A stretch of 64,000 nt of DNA. It comes from Kudoa neothunni (lineage: Eukaryota > Animalia > Cnidaria). The notes beneath the pieces are model-generated. The model saw only the letters and a program-made list of their open reading frames with translations. It was not told the DNA's origin and made no database searches. How positions within the stretch are numbered: the stretch's first letter is position 1; every line of letters begins with the position of its first letter. The DNA is taken from the NCBI GenBank assembly GCA_964304625.1, contig OZ199840.1, forward strand, positions 9,284,882-9,348,881, read 5' to 3'. The position numbers and the translations under genes are program-made. Below are positions 39,731-52,400 of the stretch, piece by piece.

Positions 39731-40829
39731 TAAAGGGACGTTAATTTTAGAAATAAATATTATTTTTTGTTAAGTTTCCTCTAGCTCTATAGTTTTTATT
39801 ATTTTTATGATCTTCCTAAAAAAGTGGTAAAATAACTTTTTGAGTTAGGGAGAGTAAAAAACTTCCCTGATTACACTTTATTTAATATTTTAAAATCGTG
39901 AAACAAACGAAATATGGTCCCACCCTTCAAATATTTAGGATTGGTTGCGGAGCAGGAAATTGTTCTCTTGTGGCCGAGATTGAGTCAACCCTTCCCAGAT
40001 ATGATCATAATTTTAATTTTTCTAATTATAATAGTTAAAAGAACAAATTAAAACGTTTTTGTTTAATTATTCCCTTAGGTTGACTGAAAGAATTCATATA
40101 TTTTTAGAATATTTAAAAATGATCTTTTATGGTAAATAATCCCCCCCCAATTGAATTAATGTAAACGTGGATAATAAATATTTTAATTCCATTTAATATG
40201 ATTGTTCAAATGAACGATATTGTAAAAATGCTATGATTTAGTCTTTTCATGGGCGTTTTAACTTCAATTTTTTTAAATAAAAAATAACGGGCATTTTTTT
40301 GTATGAATTAAACAAGAACCTAAACAATTTTCCTTCACGAATTAATTTCCCGATCAAAAACATTTCTATGAATTCAGCGTTTTTCCAACCTAAGAAAACA
40401 AACAATTTCGCAGGAACTGAAGAGCCACTTAACTAGGTTCTAAGATTAAAATCACGTAGTTAGACTTATACATAAGACTAAAAATGGAATTTACCTATGT
40501 TAGTCATCGTATTCTAGAGACATCATATGCTCTGGTAATAGTATTGCCAGTACTATTCTTTTTACAGTTAGTTTACACTCTCAATTCACCGTTTAACGAG
40601 CAACCTTGGATCCACGTTTTATTATTGTTACCAATAATTTTTTAACGTTTGCTTATCAGTTCAAGCATTAAAATAGTGTTTATGACGAGAGTATTTGTGG
40701 GCACACACAATAAAACTATTGTATTATATATAGTTATTGATTTTTGTAGCATGTTGGACAATATATTAATTTTAAAATCTAATAAACAGTATATAATTAT
40801 TGATAGTTTTATTTTGGAAGCAAAGGTTT

Positions 40830-42306
40830 CTATGTTCCTTCTTCCTCAATTTCTACGGTAGTTTCGATAGTGACCGTGGTGTCTTCGTTGTAGTGGCCTT
40901 CACAGATCGTTTTACACTCCGTGCCTGATTTAAAATTGTTCGAATTCCCACCGTACCCTTTGTAATTGAACGCCTGGCATTTCTTGCTTGCGTGGTTATA
41001 ATAGTATCTTGTTACTATAAAATCCCCGGTACCAGAATTTCCGGCTTTACTCATTTTGCATGTTTCCTCGATCTTTATTTCTTTCTTGTACCCCCCTAAA
41101 CTTATTTAAAATAATTTTATTCTGGAAGTATCAGTTATACTCTCAAATTTTTATAAACATTAATATTGTTGATTAAATCAAATAAAGTTCGTACCTGCAC
41201 CACAATAACTATGACACATTTCCATCGTAGGAAAACTATTTTTTTCTTTATTGAAATCGGATTCATCAGTTGGAAGAGGACCAGTTTCCATTTGTTTGCA
41301 TACATCATCTTTTTCATCGTAATAGTATCTTTTTATATCCGTTCCACCATTCTTAGAAGCATGTTGAGAGGGGCCTCCTTCACAAGCAGGAACTTTTTTT
41401 TTCTTCTCGATAACACCGTCCTTGGTTTCTTCTGAATTTTTATACGCTAAGAAAATTAAAATTCTTATATCAAATAATTATTATACGAAAACATTTTTTA
41501 ACGCATTCAGAGAACGAGCTAAATATTCCTCTTGTATCTGTATCTATTGAGACAGCAGCAAAAGCGCACTTTTTGTTGTCGACATCAGCTATAATTGCAG
41601 TGCCCGGATCTTTATCTTTAACATCCGGTTTTAGTGTGCAATCCAAATAATTCGGTGACAAATATTTTTCCTTATCCTTCTGTTTATTTATAATGGTATC
41701 ATCAGCGTTGGTGAGACCTCCATTCTTTTTATCTAATATGTGTAATTTAGTTATTTTTTATCGCTAAGATAGTTTAATTACTAAAACAATACAAGTAACA
41801 TTCCTCATCACTTTCATATCTGTTAAAACTACCACCACACCCATTATAATTGAATGTTTTGCATGATGCAGTTGTTTGATCAAAGTAATGCTTTTCATCT
41901 GTACTTGAATTTTTAACACAGTGTCCGGGATGCATAGGTTTTTTGCATCCTCGGAGTTTTTCCCTTATAGTCAACTTACCTCGAAATAATCTTAATATTT
42001 AAGTTTTAAATAAAACTGTACCGTGCATTTCGCAAAGTCCTTTAGATGCGAAATTATTATAATTTCCTTTAATACCTCTGTATTCTAGTGGTTTGCATTT
42101 GGCATCATTAATGTCAATGAACCAACGGTCGATGACATTATCCATGGTTTTATCCACCCCAATAGGCCAATCACCTTCATCTCGTTCATAGGAGGGTAAT
42201 ATTGGATCTATCGAGCATATTGAAGAAATACCAAAATATGTTAATTACCGGTCCAACAATAATACCAATAAATAATGAAGATTATTAGATTAAATGAAGA
42301 GCGCAT
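40830..42306 (-). CDS. Secreted five-Kunitz-domain protein, paralogue B
   Basis: Signal peptide exon MRSSFNLIIFIIIGIIVGP followed by five Kunitz-like exons colinear with paralogue A (e.g. CKKPMHPGHC..HYFD..CKTFNYNGCGGSFNRYESDEECYLYC). Confidence 0.88.
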
Positions 42307-43207
42307 TCTTTTTCTAGCAAAATAAACAAGCTACGAATGCTGGAAAGTAGAATTATAATCAGATGCACAATAGGAAAACTATTCAATACATCCATAAGAT
42401 TAAGTAAAATTTAATTAGTATTATTATTCGTGTATGTTATTCAATAGTATTATTAGATTTCCGATTTAATTATACTTATTTCATCGACTAACTACATTAT
42501 GTTTTAATTTTGATTAAATTTTATGGTATTGGACGTCATCGTTTCATCGAGTAAAACTTTTTTATTCAAGTACCTAGATTAAGCAAAATACAGTGTGATC
42601 CGTAGTGACGTGTAGTTCGTAATTTGAGAAAATGTTACAAAATCAACGTACATATAAGGTTATAATAAGTTATTTATTTCTCAAACTATTTAAAAACATT
42701 TATTTGATCATTAAAAGTATAAATGAAATATTTTTAACTTAATTAATTATGTTTTTATGGATTTTTTTGTAGTGACGTGTTGTTCGTAATTTTCGGAGGG
42801 TGTTAAAATATTAGTTTTCGATCGTAGACGAAATGGGAGTCAGAAATAAAAATTGAGTTAGGGTCTTAAATGAGAAATATGAAACAATTAATTTTTTCCA
42901 AAACCAGCGAAGACATGGAGCGGAAACAATGTTGAAAATGACGCCAATATTAGTGACTCCATAAGTGATGGTAACTGTCATAGAAATGACAAGTTTCATA
43001 AATTTGATGATAGAGAACGAAAAATTATTCCATTCAAAATTACCTCTCTCATTTTCTTATTTAAGACATTACGTGGAATATCATGGTTTAAATAGTTATA
43101 AACATCTAACGGATATTGGACGAGATTTACACAATATAATTGTCATAAAACTTAAAAATATTAATACAACTGAGAAATTTTCTTCAAAATAATTTATCAT
43201 TACGCAG

Positions 43208-43622
43208 TTTTTTTTGTTTTTTCTACAAGGTAAAACCCCTGGCACAACTTATTAGGTTATGGAATTCTGGTTGGTCAGACCTCTTACATTAACTGTTTAA
43301 GCACCGCAGGACGTAACATGAACCCCCTTATCTTTATGCGGTAGTGTGGGACTTAACCCATTAAACATCCTCGTCTCAGGACGACCACCATCCCAAACCT
43401 TATTCCTTTAAGGAAGTTGGCTCTGTGAAGGCTGCAAATTACTTGTCGTTCGATGGGTTCCAGAGATTCAAACTCCTATTCATACTCACCCCACTTCACA
43501 GCGAGCGTACATTTTAACCACAGCTCCTAAGTAAGTAAGGGATAGAGACCCACCGGCGGATTCGAACCCATTACCTCAAGGTTCTGAGTTCGAGTGTCAC
43601 ACCGATGTGCTATCTGTCCTCG
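43208..43622 (-). mobile_element. tRNA-derived SINE, copy 2
   Basis: Head TAGCACATCGG..CTCAGAA..GAGGTAATGGGTTCGAATCC. Shares caacttatta, ggaatt.tgg, ccttatctt..gcggtagtgt and ttaaacatcctc with copy 1. A-rich tail. Confidence 0.75.
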
Positions 43623-43999
43623 GCTCATATTTACCTATGATAATCAGGTATGGTGCAAGCTTAGGTAAAACATCAAATCAGATAATAAAATCGCGTAAAA
43701 TTAACTTTTACAAATCCACAATATTCATCAAAATGTTGTTTATTTATTTGTTTATGGAAGAGAAATGCTGTCTTGGCGTTATTAGATTTTGAAAATACGT
43801 ACATGATCGCGCAATTTTTCAGCCTTATAAACCCGTCCGCGAGCCGCACTATGCCCACCACTGGGTTAAAATACAGTTCTTCCCCCGTCAGGGGAAGTCG
43901 CTCGACGAGGTAAACCGATGTTGGCATACACGGTGCCTCTATCAATTCCTAAAGGAAGCACTCTTTCTCGTTATTAACTAATCGTATTTACTCTGATAA

Positions 44000-45115
44000 A
44001 TATAGATATCTATCCAAGAATACATAATTTAATTAAAGTTTCCATTAAATGACGTTAACGTGTCATCAACTATTATTGCTTTTATCACACGTACACCACG
44101 TTTAATTTTGGTTTTCTTCGTTCAATAATTATAAACATTGTATTTTGAGTTCATATCGCCTTTTTAAATTGGAAGTGCCATTAATGCTACTTTGAGTATT
44201 GCTTTCCTGAGTTTCTACGTAGCTGATTTTTCTTTGTTTGCACATTCGAGACGAATGCCCCAATTGTTTGTTTGCATGTGAAACAATTTTTATTTGCAAA
44301 GTAATATTTACTTTCCGGGTGGTTATTCTTGCCACATCGTCGGCATTTCTTATAACCTTTCAACACTACGTTCGTCATCAAGTCCTGGCTATTCGTTTTT
44401 ACTTTGGCGATATCATAAGAGCTCGTCATTGTTTCTTCCATAGCGATAGCTATTTCTTGAGTTCTTTCCCAGGTTAAGTTCACACCTTCAGACAGCAACC
44501 TATCTTGAATAGGTTTGAATTTGTGAGCTAGACCACACACCAATTTATCCCGTAGGGAATCGCGCGGAAATTGTCCAAAGTTACAATCTTTGGATTCTCT
44601 TCTCAGTCGAATGGTAAAGTCCCTTATCGACTCTTATTCCTTCTGATGGGTTTTGTGAAATTTGAATCTTTCAATAATGGAAGATATTTTGTATTTAAAA
44701 TGAGTATTCAAAACATCCATGATGTCATCGAGTGTAACCTCCTCCATTATTTTTGGTTGGACAAGGCTGTTGATTAGCTGAATTGTTTTATTTCCTATCA
44801 CTGAAACAAACATTGTTTTTGCTATCGATGACATTGCGTCATGGGCCACTAGCAACACTTTAAATCTCTGATGGTATATCTCCCAAGATTCTCCTTGCTT
44901 GAATTCTCCAAAGTTATTCAACATTCTCGTCGCCAATTGTTATGATTGATGCGCAAGAAATAACCAGTATGAGGCACACAAGAATCCTCTGCAATCTGGT
45001 CACACAATATGTTGGATATAAATATTAATGAAATCAGTTTTGTAATATCTTAGCTATTCCTTACCGTAAGAATAGCCTGTGCCGTAGGAGGGATTATACG
45101 GATCCGTAAGCATAG
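44000..45115 (-). mobile_element. Truncated Ty3/gypsy (Mag-type) LTR retrotransposon: partial LTR, PBS and decayed gag
   Basis: LTR end ..AACA then PBS TGGCGACGAG (44926-44935). Gag text GEF..ESWEIYHQRF..IG..LINSLVQP..ERFKFH..Q, RDKLVCGL..IQDRLL and CRRCGK/CFTC zinc knuckles. Confidence 0.85.
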
Positions 45116-46404
45116 CTAACTCCAATTTTTAATTATATCAATATAATTTTTATCTCAAATCAAAAATTATTTTAAACCTTAAAATTATGTTAGTTCTGAT
45201 TTGTATTATGAAAGATCCTTATAAATCCATTCATACCAATACCAATATATTATTTCTAATAATATTAATTTCATCTTATATAAATTATATGCTCATTAAT
45301 CTCATTTTTAATCATTAAAACTATCTACAACAATGTTTGCTATAGTTCCAAATCTCCCTGTCTTCATATTTATACCTTTTCATTTTAATTAGAAATTTAA
45401 TTCAATGCTTTAACAAAATTAATTTCATTTTTATTATTTATTCTAATTTTTTTGATGTTTTTGATTATAAAAAATCACCTAAAGTTACATAAAGTTATTA
45501 TTTATTATTGTAATTTTGCAGTAAATCATCTATAAACAGAATAATCTCGGTAATATAAAAAACTTTTTAGGTTAATAAAAAATTCATAAGCAAGCTTATT
45601 CTTTTTAATACATCCATGAATACGTAAGAAGGTGTATTTTACGAAGATTTATATTAATGTTGCGGAATAAATATATAATCATTTTAAATTTAAAAAAATT
45701 GTGCTGAAAATTGATATTCTCTCCTTAACAAAATTATTTACTACAGTTATGCAGTGATCTCATAAGCATAACTGGGATTTCATAGAAATAGTTTTGATAA
45801 AATTACTATTAGTAACAGGAATTAATTCGACATTTTATCTTGTTATTCTCAATTAAATGTGGATAAATTTTCTTACTGCCATGATAAAATAACGTATTCC
45901 TAGTACTAATAAATTTAAACTGAGATTAACGTTCATAATTTAAGTATATCAAATCATTGGATTGAGAAATGGTTGGAAATTTATCTTTAACACAACTGAG
46001 GAAGGTGGGGTCGAATGCAATGATGATCTTTAATTTAACCTTTTCTGGCATTATTTTCTTATCATTCAATATTTAAAAAATATACTAAGTTTAATTAAAT
46101 TATAATATAAAATCTGGAGTATGCACAACATGACCAATTTTTGAGCCATCTGCTCTATTATTGATCACGTGCAGAACTAACCATATTTCAATAAAAATAT
46201 ATAAAAATCAAGACTTTAAAGCCAAACAATAATTTATTTGAAGTGGAATTTTCTATTTAAATTTATTCGTGTTATAAAGAAAAAATAATTGAAAAGTATT
46301 CAACAAATATGATAAAACTCACACATCATAAATTTTAATGATTACAATATATTTATCGAATATATCAAATAATATCGTTTTCTCCACACTGATTTTATCA
46401 ATGG

Positions 46405-49400
46405 TTAATTTTCTTCAATTTCATTGTGAATTTCAATCTCTTCAGTTTCATTAGTCATTTCGACCAAATTAGGATTTGATTCGACAGTAGGTTGGTCCAC
46501 CCAAGATCGTTGGGCTGCCAGAGCAAGATCCTAATAAAATTTAAAATTGGCATCAAATTAAATTTAAAAATAATAAATACACGATCGTGTTGTTCTTGCA
46601 TTTGTTCATATTTTCGCATATACATACTGTGGGATAGGTCGAACATATCTTTAGCGGTGGCGATGGGTGTGGCAGAAGTTGAGCGTTTGGCGGTTCTAGC
46701 TATGAGTTCATTGCTACCGTAATATTCATTTGGATAGAGCATTAATTCGGTGGGATTGTTTTTAAACTAAAAATCATATTAAATCATTGGAGATATAGAA
46801 AAATCATTACCAAATGCAGAATGTTTTTGAATTCATCATATTTTTCGAATAAAGGAAGATGACCCAACACATACAATCCAAGTCGACCTCTGGATAAAGC
46901 AACAACTAATCTTCTCAAGTCTCTCAGGTAACCGATGGATTTGGTTCTTGTCATCGAGACAATCACATAGTCATTCTGTTGTCCTTGGTATCGATCAACG
47001 GTGGTTATTTTGAATGGGGCTCCAAGTAGGGGATTGTTGGCGCAACGTTTCTCAACAATATCTCTGATGAGATGTTTTTGGCCATTATACATTGCAAGGA
47101 TCGTTATTTTATCGGAGGGGTAACCAACCAATCTCATATAAATGTACAACGAGACAGCAAACTCAGCTTCCGTCTGATTTTGGTAGTAGAAAGGGATGGG
47201 TTCGGACTCGGTGACTGCTTCCATGTCGTTGTTTGAGGTGGTTTTAGTTCTGCGTTTTTTCGGTTCAGAAACCGACTGAGCACTTGTTTGGTTATCACAT
47301 TTTCGATTATATTGGATGTTAATGAATTGGTAGTTGAACGCAAAACCAGCATTATCCGGTCATTCCATCAAAAGTGTACACATGAGGAAGATGTTTGATT
47401 GTATTCTCATATTGGAATCCAATTAGTTCATAGATAGCAGGTCTGCATCTGCCTTGATAATCCAGTTGAATGCATTTCACACCCAACCTGCAGAATCTTT
47501 GGAACATTGATTGGTCAACGTTGGAAAATAGACGCAACGGAATGTTTTTTATAACTGGCGGTAGTTGATGATGATCTCCAATGAGTATAAGACGTTGAAG
47601 TCGTTTAGCAGAATCTTTCTGGAGAGTAAATGGGATGAAGGTTTCAATTTCGAGCATTTGAGCGGATTCCTCCATCAGTACACTGTCATATTGTAGGCCC
47701 ATTTGGATGAGATCGTCGCGTCTTAAGGATGCATAAGTGCAAGTCATTGCAATAATTTTGGCCATTTTCACAAGAATATAATTGCTTCTTCCCTGAGCTA
47801 TAAATATTTTAGAAAAGCAGAGTTAACCAACTACGAGAAGAACAGTAGGAATATTCTATTAGTTGGTTCGACATGTGGAATTCAATTTACCTGTGGTTAT
47901 GAGTTCAAAAGCGCGATATTCTTTCAACTCCTCAAACATGTTTTCTATACTTTGGAAATATTGCTAAACAGCAATTAATAAGTGAAGATGCACAAATTAA
48001 ACCAACTTGAACATCATCCATGGATAACACAAGTTGAGAGTCATTCCAATCGACCTAAGTAAAGTTTGTGATTACGCTTATTGACCACTGTAACAAACTA
48101 CATTGGAAAAATATTTTTTAAACGGGAAATGAGTTCTGATAGTTGAAGGATCGTTCTATAAAATAGTTCAAGTTATTAGCCAAACTAATTAGAAATTTTA
48201 TTATCAACTTTAGTGGCGAGAAGTTGATGGAATTCGTTTATAAGCTTGGTTACCTAAATCAAAACACATTAATTTAGACTCAAACTCAAAAAAATAACAT
48301 GATATTGATAAAAGTTGTATGCAGTTTCGCAAGTGTGTTCAGCTTGAGGGAAATCTAACGACTGTTCCAATCGACCAAGCATCTCTAGCAATTCTAGTCG
48401 TCTATTGAGGATGAAATTTATTCGGCCAGTTCTAAAAAATACTCACATTAGACAAAGCTCTACAATCACTGTCATTGTAAAGTAGATGTGGCATATTTTT
48501 TAAAGGCAATCAGCTATAAAAACTAATATTCGACTACCTACCTACTAAAGTCTTTTTGGGTGTCTAAAGATTCTTCGCCATGACCAAGTCTTAGCAGGTG
48601 TTGCTCACTGACACCACAAACTATGAGTTTCTCAAAAATTTGGTTGAGAGCCTGATTCGAGTGAGCAAGAACCAATATTTGATGTTGCCCATCGTGATGT
48701 AGTAGATTGGTGAGTATTTTGGCGGCCACATCAGTTTTACCGGTTCCAGGCGGACCAACAATCTAGAAATACAATTAAGTCGAAATTTTTTTGTTGGAAA
48801 TTTATAGTATCAAAAATACCATCGTTAGGCCGCGTAAACTTCCAGATTTAATGGCTTCAACTTGCATTTCGGTATAACGTATATGTTGAGGAAGATGTTG
48901 GGATAGATTGGAACAGTGCACGACAATTTCGTCTTCATTCACAAACTCCACACTATTTTATTTACAAGTGTCAAAATATGAACAAGCATAAACTTAAATA
49001 TTTATTTAAACAATTGTCGCTAATATTATTATGATAGAAAATAGATAACAATTACCATGAGTAATTATCACCATCACCTTCAAACTAAAGAAACCACATT
49101 TAGACGACTGATGTGCACAATAAAAACACTACTCTAATATTGGACACTCCATTGAAACATTCTTTAAGATGTTCTCGATCTTGAAATGTGTCGGGGAATT
49201 TACAGTGTATGGATATGTTTCAAGTCTTAAGGTGGATTTAAATACAAAAACAATAAAGTCCGCAAATAACTTTGAATAATGAGTGTTCTCAACATTACCA
49301 CAGCCAACAACAACCCCCTTCAACCAATCGGGAACTAACTCATTGTCTTTGCGAGAACGATATGACTCAATTATAAGATTTTTAATGGTTGCTAAGCATT

Positions 49401-52400
49401 GTCGAAATGTGTTTTCCTTTGGCTTCTTTCTAACAACCACACACACGCTTTTGTATATATCCTACAAAGATTCCAAATAAAACTAAAACTGAAACCGCTG
49501 CAACAGTAGGTTTATTTGTATACCAATTTGCCATCATTTGAATCGATTTGATATTGGATTGGATCCAACTGTACATTCATTGTGAGTTGATTATCAATAT
49601 TTCCGCCAAATTCATTTTTAGAATCGAAGTTGATACTCTCCACAGTACAACCTCTCACGGCGACCACCCCATACTAAAAAAATTAGCCAAAATAATAAAT
49701 AGTCAACAACAAATTTTCATTTGAAACTATGTATAATTAATGCTAAATTGAGAAATTACGTAATTACATTATTGTAAAATAAATTATTATTAACCTTCCG
49801 AGCGCCGCCCCAAAATCGACAACACACTCTCCTTCTTTCGGGGTCAATATGACCCTAGATATTTATTTCTTAAAATTGTGTAAAAAAATATTTTATGACG
49901 TTTTATGATGACTAAAATTAAATCTAATCATTAATTTTGGAGTAAGGAGTAAAAATAGTGACTGCGAGATTGTGCAAATAATGCTGAAACCAATAAATTG
50001 TGTATATAAATCATTATTCGACTAATTTAAGTCGTATGACCATTCCCATTTATGAAGTTTCAAATATTTGATAAAATAAGATATATTTTTGAGAGTTAAA
50101 AAAATCAATCGTCTATCAAGAAAAATGAGGATTTTAATATATTTTTTTGAAACCTAATAATTGATTCATTTGGATAATTTTGAACAGGTAAATTTTTGAG
50201 TGGTTCTCACAATGTGATTGTCCATCAGTACTGAATGTTTTTATTTTTTTGGCTCGAACATAGTCAAACGGATCACATCTATTTCTACTAGAACGAGGCT
50301 CGCTAGTTGCAACGTTTTGTTCAACTTATTTAATGTTATCACGACTCAATTTTTGGCTAGACTATCAGCTAACTGTTCTAAAAATTTGAATCTGAGAAAA
50401 TATTCTTATAAACGTGAAATGTGTTAATTAAGTTAATATCAATGATATTGTGGAAAACAGCTGTTGGTCATCGATTTGTGTATCATTAGACAACTGTTGC
50501 AGATATAATCCTACCGACTATGTCTACACCACCAATGTATTGATTATGATTATAATTGAGTCAAACTTCCGGTTATCGCTATTCTAGGCTTTTCAATCGA
50601 CCATTTATCAATACAACAATCATCATAATAATCGGATTCAGATAAAAAATTAAATTATTGAATTTCGTCATAAATTTCACCGCCCTCAGTATCATCATTT
50701 GACAATAAATCGTGGTCAAAATCGCTCATCGTTAAAAATTTAATTTTTAGTTTTTCTCTGTGTCCACTTAACAAAATTTCATTTTCAATTAATTAAATTG
50801 TTTAAAAATATTTAATCTATAGTTCAGAAATGTATAAAATAGCTTTTATGAGAAAAATGAATGGGTTCATATCGACCCCAAAAGAGGGGGAGTGAAGTAC
50901 TTTTTGTGCAAAGCTTATTTTCTTACAAATAACATTCAGAACCTTTAATTTTGGAGTTTTAAGTATAAATTTGACTTCTAAGTTGGTTTAGAATACGACT
51001 GAATGCGTCTGAGGTCATATTGTTACCAGAGTCGCTCGAAAGGTTAAACACAACTATAGACTTATAGACTATGAATGAGATTTGTTAAATAATAATGTGA
51101 TTGTTCGTTTTTACATAATATTAATTTCCCTCTTATTTTAAGTTTAAAATTTATAAATTTTTCAGCAACTGAACTTGGTAATCACTCTTTCGATCGAAAT
51201 CGCTAGATGAGTCAATTGATTGGATTCTGGATAAGGATATAATAAAGCAAGAGTCATCAGGCTTCAAACCTTAATTTTGGTATTATAGTCAGAATATAAG
51301 AGAATTGAAAACTGAGTATTACTATTCTTCCACTCTTCCACATATTGTCTTCTAAGGTTTAACGGTATAATAAAAGAAGCTTTAACTGAAGATGGATAAT
51401 GTTGGCCGATATTATTTTGTCCAATCTATATTAAATAAATGTAAAAATTAATTTAAAGAGTTGATTAATTCACTGAGTAATTTGAAAGTGTTCCACAGGC
51501 TAAAAAACATAGGGATTAGACATATGGATAATAATTATAAGTATAAAATACTTGGGCCATTCGCGACCATCCACCAAATTCCAATTCACCGTACATATCA
51601 AGTTTTGGTTTCATTCGACTGAGTGCATCTTCAACGTCGTATTTGATTTGAGCTAACAAACAAATGTCTCTTAGTTGTTAACAGTAAAATTAAACTCACA
51701 TGCAATTTCAAGGAAATAAAGATAATAATTTCTTAGAAGATAGTCGGTGATAGAAAGAAACTGCACATTAATACGAGGATGAGCAACGATATTATCTATT
51801 CGTTACAATTTAAAATTCGAATAGAAATTCTAGTTCTAAATAAATTACCACAGCCGAACACATAGTCAGCATTCCAGATGATCTAAAAAATTTAGTTTCA
51901 TCACAGCAGCTATAAATCACTTTTTCAGTAGGGAAAACTGGCGAATTCATAAACTGCTCCATAAACTTAATAAAAACGAAATGGCAATCAAATCCATCCT
52001 CAGAGAATTTATTTCGGATTAGGTTTTGTAGGTAAGAATTTGTGAGATTGCAGGCTCTATGAGGATCAACGAGCTGCATTTTTTGACACACATCGTCGAT
52101 ATCGACCATTGTGAGAGCATTCAACGGTTGATCAATGTCCGATCGTGCTAAATGTGCCCATGCAAAATTCTCTCACCGACTCGTTATCTGGGAAAAGTTG
52201 GAACAAGATTTTCTATAAATAATTGTTCGAAGTAGACAAATAGAAAAAAAGATTAATAAATATGGATAATTTCGACTACCACATCAACAGTCTCTTGGTC
52301 ATTATTTATTATATTCTTAGTTATTATTTTCTTAATTATTATTAGATAAGTTATTATTTGGATAATAAAGTTTCTAAAAATTGTTTAAAATACAAAATTA

